Positions 21,996-32,341 of a DNA stretch of 64,000 nucleotides are shown in pieces. Position 1 is the first letter of the stretch. Every line of letters starts with the position of its first letter. Where the stretch lies: assembly GCA_963762925.1 (NCBI GenBank), contig CAVXMP010000003.1, positions 38,174 to 102,173 on the forward strand, in the 5' to 3' direction. The translations under genes were made by a program, and so were the position numbers. Below the pieces are notes generated by a model. That model was not told the DNA's origin. It made no database searches and worked only from the letters and a program-made list of their open reading frames with translations. The DNA is from an uncultured Acidobacteriota bacterium (GTDB lineage: Bacteria > Acidobacteriota > Vicinamibacteria > Vicinamibacterales > UBA2999).

Positions 21996-22911
21996 GTGAC
22001 CCTGGTACCGATGCTGCTCGGCGCGCTGGCCGCGAGTGGCCTGCTGCTGGCTATCCGCTGGAGGATGGCGACGAGGCGCGGCTGCCAAACCGGCGCGACG
22101 GCGGCTCGGCGCCGACGATCCTCGAGCTTGTCATCGGGTTCGTCACCAACTTCTTCGACACGCTCGGTATCGGCTCGTTTGCGACGACGACTGCGGCCTT
22201 CCGGCTGCTCCGCCTGGTTGCCTGACGAGTTGATCCCGGGAACGATGATCGTCGGCCACGCGCTGCCGGTCGTCACGCAGGCGATGTTCTTCATCAGCGT
22301 CGTCGACGTCGATCCCTGGCAGATGACGATGCTCATCGTGATCGTGCGTGGCTGGAGGGTGGATGGGCGCCGGCGTGGTCGCCGCACTCTCGCGGCGCGC
22401 CGTGCAGCTCGGGATGGGGTGCGCGCTGCTGTCGCGGCCGCGTTCATGACGCTCGGCATGTTCGGCCAGTTTCCCGGCGGGCGGCGCTGCGCTCGCTTTC
22501 GCCCCGCGGGCGTTCGCCGTCGCGCTCGTGGTCAACTTCGTGCTTGGTGCGCTGCTCACGCTTGGGATCGGCAACTACGCGCCGAGCCTCGTGGTGTTCA
22601 GCCTCCTCGGCATGGATCCGCGGGCGGCGTTTCCGATCATGGCGGGATCGGGCGCTTTCGTTGCGACAATCGCCGGCGTCCGATTCATCAGCGCGGGCCG
22701 GTTTCACCGGCGCGCGGCGCTGGGGCTGACCCTCGGAGGGATCCCTGGCGTGATCATTGCCGCGTGGCTGGTCAAGTCGCTTCCGCTCGAGGCGCTGCGA
22801 TGGCTCGTCCTGGTCGTCGTCACCTACGCGGCGGTGACGCTCCTGAGGGCCGGCATCCCGCGGGCGGCACCTACGCTCGAGGGTGCCATTGGTCGGGACT
22901 CCGCGCGCTGA
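21996..22911 (+). pseudogene. TauE/SafE (TSUP) family anion exporter; several frame breaks
   Basis: TM-rich pieces in all three plus frames: LGALAASGLLLAI, ILELVIGFVTNFFDTLGIGSFATTTAAF, DELIPGTMIVGHALPVVTQAMFFISVV, and intact tail ORF 22528-22911 (LGIGNYAPSLVVFSLLGMDPRAAFPIMAGSGAF...GGIPGVIIAAWLV). Confidence 0.65.
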
Positions 22912-22921
22912 GAGGTTTGCC

Positions 22922-23658
22922 ATGTCCGCAAAAACGACCACGACAAGACCAACAACAAGAGCGGCCGTTCGGACCGCGCTTTCGTGCCTCGAGCAGATGA
23001 GCACGGCGCGCGATCGCGAGAACCTGGCGCGCTTTGGCATCACCGCGCCGAAGGCGTTCGGTGTGTCGATGGCCAATGTGCAGGTGCTGGCCAAGCGTCT
23101 CGGCCGCAGCCACGAGCTCGCCTTGGCTCTCTGGGACACCGGCTGGTACGAGGCGCGCCTGCTGACGTCGTTCGTCGACGAGCCGGCGCGCGTCACCCCG
23201 CGCAGATGGATCGCTGGTGCCGCGACTTCGACAACTGGGGGATCTGCGACACCGTGTGTTTTCACCTGTTCGATCGCACGCCACACGCCTGGGCAAAAGT
23301 CGCGAAGTGGCACGACCAGCGCGGGGAATTCGTCCGACGCGCAGCCTTCGCACTCCTCGCCAGCCTCGCGCTCCACGACAAGGCCACCGGCGATCAGCCG
23401 TTTGTCGACAGCTTGGCGCTCATCGAGCGCGCGGCGACCGATGAGCGGAACTTCGTCAAGAAAGGCGTGAGTTGGGCGCTGCGCCTGATCGGAAGACGGA
23501 ACCGCGCGCTCAACACGCAAGCGGTCACGGTGGCGCGACGCCTGTCGGAGTCTCCCGACGCGACCGCCCGTTGGATCGGACGAGGCGCGCTCAAGGAACT
23601 CACAGGCCCAATCGTGATGCGCCAGCTTGCCGCGTCCCGCGCTGGTCCCGCCAAATGA
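22922..23658 (+). CDS. DNA alkylation repair protein (AlkD/AlkC-like HEAT-repeat family); one frame break
   Basis: ARFGITAPKAFGVSMANVQVLAKRLGRSHELALALWDTGWYEARLL (ORF 22883-23470). Then DNWGICDTVCFHLF...FVRRAAFALLASLALHD...NFVKKGVSWALR (ORF 22984-23658). Frame switch near ~23200. Confidence 0.75.
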
Positions 23659-23714
23659 CGCATCACCGGCGCGAGTCCGATTTCGCGTTTTACCTGGTTG
23701 GAGGAAACGCGACG

Positions 23715-23996
23715 ATGCTCATTCGACGTTCAATGCCCGGTGGGGTGTGCCTGGTGATCTCGGCGCGTTCGGCGCAAGCGTTGCGCCTGCAGCGAAGCAC
23801 AACAGTGCAGACGAGCTGGAGGTGCAGACGTCCGCGGTCTGCGTCGGAGAACCCTGCCGATCTCAAGACGGTTGAGCGCGCGATGATCGAGAAAGCGTTG
23901 CTCGACGCCCGCTTCAACAAGTCGCAGGCAGCAAAAGCTTTGGGGGTCACGCGCGCACAGCTCTATGTCAAGCTCCGTCAATACGGGCTGGATTGA
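23715..23996 (+). CDS. small ORF ending in a Fis-type HTH (possible remnant of a sigma-54 activator C-terminus)
   Basis: GGAGGA lies 10 nt upstream of the ATG. Only the last ~45 aa are recognisable (LKTVERAMIEKALLDARFNKSQAAKALGVTRAQLYVKLRQYGLD). The N-terminal half has no family resemblance. Confidence 0.4.
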   Translation: MLIRRSMPGGVCLVISARSAQALRLQRSTTVQTSWRCRRPRSASENPADLKTVERAMIEKALLDARFNKSQAAKALGVTRAQLYVKLRQYGLD

Positions 23997-24013
23997 GCCC
24001 CGAGCCACGCGCG

Positions 24014-26189
24014 TTACGGGTTCCTCGTGGCCCCGGCCGGCCCGTCGATGCGCGACGCACGCTCGGCCTTCAGGCGAAGCCATTCCTGCGCGGGCTCCAC
24101 GCGCCAGTCGTGCCCGAACACCAGGTAGCGCCGGCCGCCGATCTCGAAGTCCGCATCGCGCACGCGCCACATCCGGATCTCGGTGAACATCGGCTCCACG
24201 AGAACCGGATCAGCCATCGTCACGAAAGACCAGGCGACCCCAGGCGCGATCCAGCTCTGTGAGCAGGCCGCTGCCACCACCGTAAACACTTGAGTGATCG
24301 CCTGGTGTCGTTCCGAGTCCATCCAGAAGCGTCCGTACGCGATATGTTCACCAGGGCGCGGCGGGCCATGGCGTTCGGCGTAGGCGACGGCGAGCGCGAC
24401 TGCCGGATCGGCGGCCATGTCCTCGGGCGTGGCGGCTTCCAAACGCAGGTTCGCCACGAACCCAATCAGGTCGCCGCCGACGCTGCGGATGGCACGAAAC
24501 GCGTGCGGCTGGCGCGTCAACCAGTAGCGTGCGATCGCCGCCGACTCGCCGCCCTCGTGCCGCTCCACCATCTCGATGATCGCGTCGTGTTCCCGTGCAG
24601 TCGCCGTCTCCGCGTAGGCGGTGCCAAATCCAGCCCAGTCGAAGTACGGCCGTAAGCCGGGGTTGTAGCGCTGAACATAAAGGACATCGAACCAGACGCG
24701 CTGGCGCTCCAGCGCGTGGGTGCGCTCGAGCCGATCGTACAGATACGCGAGAACACGTTCGGTCACCCGAAACGCGGCGTCCGGATCTCGCCATCGGAAA
24801 TCCATGTAGACCACGTCTCGCGCCAAATCGTGCGGAAACAATCCGAAGGGCCCGTGCTCCACGAACGGCAGGTTTGCGAGCCATTCGAAAAGGTCATGCG
24901 CGTCCGGCCGCTCGAGCACCGCCGCGAGCAGCGGCTCGGTCGTCGCCCACGCCGACACACAGGTCTGCAGCGCAAGACGATGCTCTCGACTCGGCACCTC
25001 GCGCACAAATGTCTCGAGCAGCAGACGAAGCACCTCCGGCTCGTTGTCGAGACGCGACGCGGCGAGCCGGTCCCCACGCGAGAGCACATCGGCGATGAGC
25101 GACAACGCCAGCGGATGTCCGCGCGTGAACGCTAACGCTTCGTCGTAATGCTCTGCCGTGACGCCGCACCGCGTGAGAAACGTTCGGCTCTCGTCCGGGT
25201 CGAAGTTGTCTAAAGGCTCGATCCGAGTGAGTGCCGCCCATGCGACGTCGGTGCGCCAGGCGGTCGCGGGGTCGTCGCGGCCGGCGATGACGACGAGACT
25301 GCGCGCGGGGAGCTGCGGGAGAAGCGTATGACGCAGCCACTCGTCGACCGATGCCAGCAGCTCGTACGTGTCGACGAGCAACACGCCGCCGGCCGGCCAT
25401 CGCTCGATCACCGCCGACACGTTCGCCTGCTCGACGCCCGACTGCTGGCTCATCTCACACAAAACTCCAGCCGCCGACGGCTCGATATTGCGGCCGTCGA
25501 TACGCATCACCGCGCGGCCGGACTCGTCGGCCACGCGCGCGAACTCGTGAAGCAACGTGGTTTTCCCCACGCCGCCGGCTCCGGTGATGTGCAGCACAAC
25601 AAACGGCGGTTCGTCGGCCAGAAGCGCCGAGCGAAAGATCTCAATCTCCGCTTCACGACCGATAAAACGGTTGCGCCGTGCCGACGCCAGCCGGTCGGAG
25701 ACACGCCCGCTGCTGAGGAAGCCTACGTCACGCTCGGAATCCGCCGGCTTGGCAAATGGCAGGACGACGGAACCTCGTCCCCCCGAGGTTCTTGCGACTC
25801 GCCGGCACGGCGTCGTGCGACGCCGCCGCGACGGGACGTCGAGCCGTGTCCGCAATCGCGGCAACCAGCCGGTACCCTCGCTTTGCGATCGTCTCGATGT
25901 ACTCGGGACGCCGCTGGTTATCGTTGAGCGCACGACGCAGGTCGGCAATCGAGCGCGTGAGCGTCGCCTCCGCAATGAATCGGCCCTCCCACACCGCGTC
26001 GATGATCTCGTCCTTCGAAATGACACGGCCACCCGTGCTCGCCAGGAAGGCCAGCAGATCCATCAATTGCGGTTCGAGGTGCCGTATCGTGCCGCCGTCG
26101 CGAATGAGGTTGAGCGTTGGTTGCACGAGCCAACGGCCGATGTGAAAGTCTCGCGGCGCCGGGGATCGCGCGTCTTTCCTGCGCTCCAC
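24014..26189 (-). CDS. OmpR/CadC-type winged-helix DNA-binding domain fused to a STAND/AAA ATPase and an uncharacterised C-terminal domain; one frame break
   Basis: N-terminus (ORF 25728-26189): LEPQLMDLLAFLASTGGRVISKDEIIDAVWEGRFIAEATLTRSIADLRRAL...IETIAKRGYRL. ATPase part: VVLHITGAGGVGKTTLL (Walker A), GVLLVDTYE (Walker B-like). About 400 aa of unassigned C-terminus follow. Frame switch near ~25775. Confidence 0.7.
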
Positions 26190-26198
26190 CCGCCGATT

Positions 26199-26894
26199 CT
26201 ATTCGAACCTCACCGCACCTCCGGCACCTTCGGCACCTCCGGCACCTCCGGCACCACCGAAGATCCTCCTCCCTTGCAGCACGGCCTCGAGGACGAGCAG
26301 CGGCACGGCCCAGCAGAACCAGCTCGAAGCGGCGAGCTGCTCGTGCAATGTGCCAACGCCAGCCGCTTGCAATGCGCTCCACAATACCCGGAAGGTGACG
26401 AACCCGAAGGTCACGACGTAGCTGCGAATCATCCACTCCCGGTGTTGCGCGATGAAGCCACGGCGGATCGCCGCCACTGCCATCGTGGTGGTCACTACCC
26501 AGGCAATGCCCAGGCCCGTAATGCCAGCTCCGAACACCCACCCGAGATTCGTGTGCGCGGCCAGGTAAAACGCGGCGACGGAACTAATCCCGACGCTGCT
26601 CACGTAAGTGAGTCCGAGCCGTCGATGCACCCGCACGGCACGGTGGCTGACACCCAGCCACAACTGCACGGGACCCGTGAGCAACGCTACCGCGCCGGCT
26701 GCGATGTGCACCAACAGCCACGGGCCCCGCGGCCCGTATCGCGCCAGCACCGCCGGATCCAGGGTGAGATACGGAAGCGCAACGCCAACGAAGAAGACGG
26801 TCGCTACTAGCGTTGCCATCGAGATGATCGCGAGGCTTCGCCGGCCCGTCGTCGGTCCGGTTTGAGGGAGAACCGCGATTTGCGTCGCATCCAT
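26199..26894 (-). CDS. DUF2306-family membrane protein
   Basis: LLVHIAAGAVALLTGPVQLW...HRRLGLTYV pattern and a 5-6 TM profile. The C-terminal tail GGAGGAGGAEGAGG is encoded by the 9-bp repeat at 26212-26256. Confidence 0.65.
   Translation of the reverse strand: MDATQIAVLPQTGPTTGRRSLAIISMATLVATVFFVGVALPYLTLDPAVLARYGPRGPWLLVHIAAGAVALLTGPVQLWLGVSHRAVRVHRRLGLTYVSSVGISSVAAFYLAAHTNLGWVFGAGITGLGIAWVVTTTMAVAAIRRGFIAQHREWMIRSYVVTFGFVTFRVLWSALQAAGVGTLHEQLAASSWFCWAVPLLVLEAVLQGRRIFGGAGGAGGAEGAGGAVRFE
26212..26256. repeat. tandem 9-bp repeat, 5 units of YCGGCACCT
   Basis: accgcacct ccggcacct tcggcacct ccggcacct ccggcacca. Same GGCACC core as the array at 20452-20542. Confidence 0.8.
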
Positions 26895-27325
26895 GAAATG
26901 GCCTCCTGGCACGGCTAACGGCTACCGTGGAAAGACGGGGCCACAGCAGCGGTCTTCACTATGAAGACGGGCAGCCGGAAAGTCCTTCGGAAGGGCCGGG
27001 GATTGCCCTCGGATCTCGCGGGGAATTACTGGCGCTCCAGAATCGAGGTGAGGGCCCGAGCGGCAGCCCGTGGCGCACGGGCGACCAGCGGCCGCCGAGA
27101 TCGAACCCGCAGGCGGTGCGCACGTCTACTTGTTCTGCAGCGTGGTCTGATCGGGCGGCGAAGCGCACGGGGAGAAACGGCGGGGGTCGATCCCCTGGCC
27201 TAAATGCGGAGATCAGGTCGAGAACTGCCCAGTATCATAGTGGCCACAACGCACGACTCCGTCGGTACCGGGCGGGTGCGCCGAACCGCTGCGGTGAAAT
27301 CGTGCTCAGGATCAGGAGGGACGCG

Positions 27326-27784
27326 ATGGCGGTCTATCTCGAGGTGGTACCAAAATTCGCAAAGCCGATTTACCTGGGCAGCGCGCCAACGGCGTCGTCA
27401 CGGCATCCGGGGGGTGCCAACTTCTTGATGTGCGATGGCTCGGTGCGATTCGCGAAAGATCTGAGCGAGATCGTCGGCGAAGTTGCACGTATGCCGCTAG
27501 CCGGCGTCAACACGGTCATCATCGGGCCGGCCGGCCAACCGGGCTACGCCACCACGAGTTGGCAGCTGACGCCAGCCAGCAAACAACTACCTGCTCTCGG
27601 TTTGACCGGTGCAGGTGGCCAGGCAGTCCTGATCGGCCTGTTACTGCCGGCCGTCCAGGCCGCGAGGGAGGCCGCCGCGAGAAAGGCGCCCGCGTCCGGA
27701 CCTATCGCACAGCTCAAGAGCCTCGTCGGTCCGACAGGACACGTATTCGTGCTCGGCAGCCAGGGAGAATTGCTTACGCTTTAG
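27326..27784 (+). CDS. ORF with DUF1559/HX9DG-type motifs in permuted order (likely remnant of pseudopilin-like genes)
   Basis: AGGAGGG 5 nt upstream of the ATG. SRHPGGANFLMCDGSVRF (the H-x9-DG C-terminal signature) comes first. About 80 aa later comes AVLIGLLLPAVQAAREAAARK, which normally follows the prepilin-type N-terminal helix. Confidence 0.4.
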   Translation: MAVYLEVVPKFAKPIYLGSAPTASSRHPGGANFLMCDGSVRFAKDLSEIVGEVARMPLAGVNTVIIGPAGQPGYATTSWQLTPASKQLPALGLTGAGGQAVLIGLLLPAVQAAREAAARKAPASGPIAQLKSLVGPTGHVFVLGSQGELLTL

Positions 27785-27857
27785 GCTACAGCTCCGCGGT
27801 GTAAACTCGCGGCCCGATCAGTCGACGTAACCAGCTGTCCAGTACCTGGAGGCGAAC

Positions 27858-28352
27858 GTGACGATCTTTCACGCGGTCTTGGTACTGGCAGCGTTTCTCT
27901 GTTCGTTGGTTGCCGGCCTTTTGTTCGCCTTTGCGGTCGTCGTCATGCCAGGCATCAAGAGCCTGGATGACGGCAGCTTCCTACGGGCGTTTCAGGCAAT
28001 CGATCGCGTCATCCAGAACAATCAACCGCTGTTTATCTTCGTGTGGGTCGGTTCGGTCGTGGCGCTGATCGCGGCAGCGGTCCTCGGCGTGTGGGCACTG
28101 GGCGGAGCCGAACGCTTGCTCATCATCGTCGCCGCGCTTCTCTACGTTTTGTGTGTGCAGTTGCCGACTGTCGCGATCAACGTTCCCCTGAACAACGTGA
28201 TCCAGAAGCTGGAGCCGGATTCGATGAGCGAGATGGCGCGAAAGCGTGCGCGGGAGGCCTTCGAGCCTCGGTGGAACCGCTGGAACACGATCCGAACGGT
28301 ATGCGCGAGCCTGACTGCTATCGTCTTGATGCTTCTCCTGATCCGCGTGTGA
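27858..28352 (+). CDS. DUF1772 (anthrone-oxygenase-like) membrane protein
   Basis: Intact 164-aa ORF. Four TM segments. INVPLNN motif typical of the family. Confidence 0.65.
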   Translation: MTIFHAVLVLAAFLCSLVAGLLFAFAVVVMPGIKSLDDGSFLRAFQAIDRVIQNNQPLFIFVWVGSVVALIAAAVLGVWALGGAERLLIIVAALLYVLCVQLPTVAINVPLNNVIQKLEPDSMSEMARKRAREAFEPRWNRWNTIRTVCASLTAIVLMLLLIRV

Positions 28353-28363
28353 ACGCAGGAATG

Positions 28364-28391
28364 CGCTGAGCGATCCGTCTTCAGCTCAGCG
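28364..28391. terminator. stem-loop between convergent genes (possible bidirectional terminator)
   Basis: CGCTGAGC-gatccgtcttca-GCTCAGCG, an 8-bp stem. No clear U-tract. The right arm overlaps the stop of the 28386-31405 gene. Confidence 0.3.
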
Positions 28392-31300
28392 TCGCTCAAT
28401 CGGACCGCGCAACAGGGTGTCCGCCTGGTAGACGACGCCGTCCTTGATCGTGTATCGCGTCTTTCGAATATCCATAATGTTCGCCAGCGGATTTCCGTCC
28501 ACGACGACCAGGTCGGCCAACTTGCCCGCCTCGATCGTGCCGAGTTCGGCGCCCACGCCAAGCGCCTCCGCGGGCACCGCCGTCGCCGTGCGAATCGCTT
28601 CCGCGGGCGACAAGCCGCCGCGCACGTAGTGTTCCAGCTCCGCGAGGAGCGACAGCCCGTACGGGTTGATTGGCGAATCGGTGCCGGCGATCACACGCCC
28701 GCCACCGCTGACGACCGCGGCCACCATTTTTTCCTGCGGTGAGACGAGTGCCTCGCGCTGCGCGAGATCCCGCGCATCGGGCGTGCGCTGCCTGAGCGCC
28801 CGTCCTGCGTCGAGCGCGGAGGCAGGAAACAGCCGCTGCAGCCGCGGGTCATCGATCCACGATCCGTCGCGCAGCGTCAGGAGTTGAAACCCGCCCTGGA
28901 TGACGATCGTCGGCGTCAACGTCATCTTCGACGCCGTGAGCAGATCGATTACGTCGCGGTAGGAGCGGCGGAGCTCGCTCGACTTGGGCGAGAAGCCGCG
29001 CCGACTGGTGCCACGGATGTGTTCGACGCCGTCGGCCCCGTAGGCCACCGCGGGATAGATCTCGTGCGACGTCACCGGCATGCCCATGCGATGCGCTTCG
29101 TCGATCACGCGCTTCTGCAGCAGGTCCGGCAGGCGCACATAGGTCTTGATGAAATCGAAATCCAGTTGCTGTGCGCGCGCGAGTTGCTCGACGAGCTGTG
29201 GACCGTCCTCGAGCGACGTGCCGCCAGGATAGTAAATGCGTGTGCCATCGAACGGCTCTCCGGTTGCAAACACACGCGGGCCGACGCGGACCCCGCCGTC
29301 GATCGCCTCGCGATCCTCCAGCGCTTCGTACGGATTCGCGGCTGGGTTGCGCACGCTCGTGATACCGAACGACAGAAAGATGCGCCCGAGCGCTTCGCCG
29401 TAGCCCTTCGACAGGTGCGCGTGGCTCTCGATCAGACCCGGCAGCACGGTGCCATTCGACGCATCGACCACCGTGCCAGCATGGAGATCATCGCGATGCG
29501 GCTCGATGCGCGCAATGCGATTGCCCTCGATGACGATGTCAACGTTTTCGCGCGGCGGCACCGCGCGTCCGTCGAACAGTCGACCCGCGTGCACCACGGT
29601 TGTCCCCGTCGTCTCCGGCGCGCTCCACGAGAAGCGCGGCGTGATGCGGCGGATCGTGCCATCACCGACGTCGACCAGGCCGAAGCCGGCGACGTATTGA
29701 TAGAGCAGCTGCCGCGAGTCGCGCGTCCAGGTGGGCGTGCTGGCGAGCTCCGGCGACAAGCGCCGGGGGCGACCGAGCGGAGCGCCGCCGGCCCCGATCG
29801 GGAGTACGCGCGAGATGCCCATCGATAATCGCCGCCATCTGCCTGCCGTCGGGCGACCACGCGGGGCCGAAGTCCTCGCGCATGCCGATGGACTTGTGCG
29901 GCAGAGGATTGAACCACGTGTCGGTGCTCGGGGCCGCGCTCGACGTCTGTCGTGGGCTCAAGTCGATCGGAACAAGCAGCACCTGATTGGTGCCTTCGCG
30001 GAACCTCGTGGAGTAGGTTCGGAGCGCGCCCATCACGACGGCGCGGCCGCCGGGTAGCCAGCTCGGACGTCCCGGCTCGTTCAACCGATCGTGCGCTTGA
30101 CGGACCTCCCCGCTCGCGACATCGACGATCTGCAGCTGCGATTGCGGATCGAGAAACGCGATGCGTGCGCTATCGGGCGACCACGCGGCCGACATCGCGC
30201 GCGGCGCGAGCTTGCGATCGGCGCCGCTCTTCAGGTCGCGAATCCAAAGGCCCATCGAGCCGTCGCGATCGGACGAGAACGCGAGGCGTGTGCCGTCGGG
30301 CGACCATGCCGGCTCGGTGTCGACGAAGGCATCGTGCGTGAGGCGTTCCGGCGTGACGTCGCCGACCGTTGTCGCCACGACCCACAGATCGCCCAGCGCA
30401 GAAAACACAATGCGCGACCCGTCGGGCGAGACCGCCGGATGCATGATGCCGCGCACCGGTTGCGGGCCTCGCGACCGAAAAGGCGCGGCGCCTGGGCGTA
30501 AACGCGGCGCGCGGGAACGCCACGTCAGCGGAAAATTCAACGGTTCGCGCGGGTCCACCGGAGGCCGGTCGCGTCTTGATCTTTCCGTCCGCCGTGTAGA
30601 GCAAGTCGCCGCTGGAAGTCCACTGCGGGCGGAATGGAAACACGTCTTCGTTCGGCTCGGCGACGTTGTTGCCCGCGGACATGAGATAGCTCTGCGCGCC
30701 GTCGACGGCGGTGTAGGCGATACGCTGCCCGTCGAGGCTCCAGGACGGCGCCGCCATGGTGCGCGTGTCCGCTTGCAGGCGCCGCTCAGCGCGTGAGCTT
30801 ACCGTGGCCGCGTACACGCCACGCTCGCGCCGGTCCGACACGTATGCGATCTCACGGCCGTCGGGCGACCACGCAGGCGCGAACTCGTTCGCATCACCAC
30901 TGCTGATCGGCTGCAGGGCGCTCGTCGCGAGCGTGAGCGTCCACACGTCGTAGTTACCGTTGCGGTCTGACGAAAACGCGATGCTCAGGCCGTCGGGCGA
31001 CCAGTGCGGCTCGCGATCGTCGAACGGGCCCGACGTCACCCGGCGAAGTCCGGAGCCGTCCCGATTCATCATCCAGATGTTCCACGTGCTGTCGCGATAG
31101 GCCTGGAACGCGATGCGATGGCCATCGGGCGACCACGCCGGCGCGTGCGCGTCGTAGCCGTCTTCGAGAATGCGCGTGGCCCGGCCTCCGTCGCTGCTGA
31201 GCGTCCACAGTGCGCCAAGCAGATCGATCACGATCGTTTGACCGTCGGGCGACAACGCGGCGGCCATCGAGGTGCCTTCGGAGAGCGTCAGTCGCACTTC

Positions 31301-31405
31301 GGTGCTCGCACCGTCGCTCACCTGCCGTGGCGGAGTCTCAGCGCCTGTGACGCTGACGAGGGCAAGGGCGACGACGACAGCGCTGCCACCAAAGATGCGA
31401 CACAT
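28386..31405 (-). CDS. secreted TolB-like beta-propeller (two WD40-like PD40 blocks) fused to a metal-dependent amidohydrolase; two frame breaks
   Basis: Signal peptide. Repeated PAWSPDG/PHWSPDG/PSWSLDG PD40 motifs (ORFs 30170-31405 and 29662-30558). Amidohydrolase core LPGLIESHAHL...VTSHEIY...GVEHI...IAGTDSP (ORF 28386-29822). Frame switches near ~30520 and ~29820. Confidence 0.8.
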
Positions 31406-31647
31406 GAATGCCTCCGATCGAGGAGACGCGATTATATCGAGGCTCTTTGAAACGCTCGCTGCGCGGCACGCGTCACGCTCGAGCTGCCACTGTGGCTTTT
31501 GCGCTGGCGTTCGCGGCGCCGCGCGTAACGCAACCGACTTTCGCAGGTCGTAACTGCTTTCGTGTCACGGCTTTTTCGCGCGTGATTTGTTAGCGCCGCG
31601 CCTGTGAATCGGCCGGAAATCGTTTGCTGCTGCACCGAGGCGCAGCC

Positions 31648-32124
31648 TCACTTCCGAGCAAAGAGCGTCCGGAACAGCATGCTGACCACGGGCATGCACA
31701 TCAGGCCGGCCAGCGCGAGTATCCCCAGATAGATGGGCTGTTCTGAAATCAGCTCGCTGTCCCCCGCCCTCAACGCCCTAAAGCGCAGATCGGCTTCGCC
31801 TGCCACTGCCGCCGGATCCGGTGCGAAGACCACCTCGACTTTGGTGCCGAGCGGCATGGCGTCCCGCCGCTTGGGATAGCCGACGACGCCGCGGTAAACG
31901 AGACCGTCGTGGGTCCATTCTGCAGTGGCCTTGAAGCACGGAAACTTCGCGCGCCTTCTGTAGCCCGAGTAACTGCAGGTTTCATCCTCGAGTTTGACCA
32001 CGGTGGCCGCGACGCGAAGGCCGTCGCGGCGAAGGGCGTCGCTGTTCCGCATCAGCGGGAACGCGAATACGGCGATGGTGGTGCCGATCACCGCCAGACC
32101 AAGAGCCGCGAGCACGCGAACCAC
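31648..32124 (-). CDS. DUF3592-like two-TM membrane protein
   Basis: Intact 158-aa ORF. N- and C-terminal TM helices flank a beta-rich middle (ATVVKLEDE...YRGVVGYP). Family call from architecture only. Confidence 0.45.
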   Translation of the reverse strand: MVRVLAALGLAVIGTTIAVFAFPLMRNSDALRRDGLRVAATVVKLEDETCSYSGYRRRAKFPCFKATAEWTHDGLVYRGVVGYPKRRDAMPLGTKVEVVFAPDPAAVAGEADLRFRALRAGDSELISEQPIYLGILALAGLMCMPVVSMLFRTLFARK

Positions 32125-32339
32125 GGGGTCACGCGAACGACGGGGTCAGGTCACGAAAAACGAAAAACGCCACAGAGTTGTGGGAAAAAAGGCGCAACCG
32201 CTGCAACCTCGCCTGTGGATTTAATCATTTTTTTCCACTGCACGCACCAAAACCCTTTGGCATCTGACCGAGATTCGGGGCGTTTTTCGTTTTTCGTGAC
32301 CTGACCCCTACACGAGGAAATCCCGGCTGGCGTGACCCC
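32125..32339. repeat. nested inverted-repeat element (REP/MITE-like), non-coding
   Basis: Perfect 30-bp inverted repeat GGGGTCAGGTCACGAAAAACGAAAAACGCC (32142-32171) / GGCGTTTTTCGTTTTTCGTGACCTGACCCC (32279-32308). Outer 10-bp inverted repeat GGGGTCACGC (32125-32134) / GCGTGACCCC (32330-32339). Inner GTGGGAAAAAA / TTTTTTTCCAC pairing. No convincing ORF inside. Confidence 0.8.
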
Positions 32340-32341
32340 TC

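Noticed and set aside
26927-27325. Upstream 133 codons of ORF 26927-27784 as part of the DUF1559-like protein
   Set aside because: The translation has no family resemblance or signal/prepilin helix. The strong SD+ATG is at 27326.
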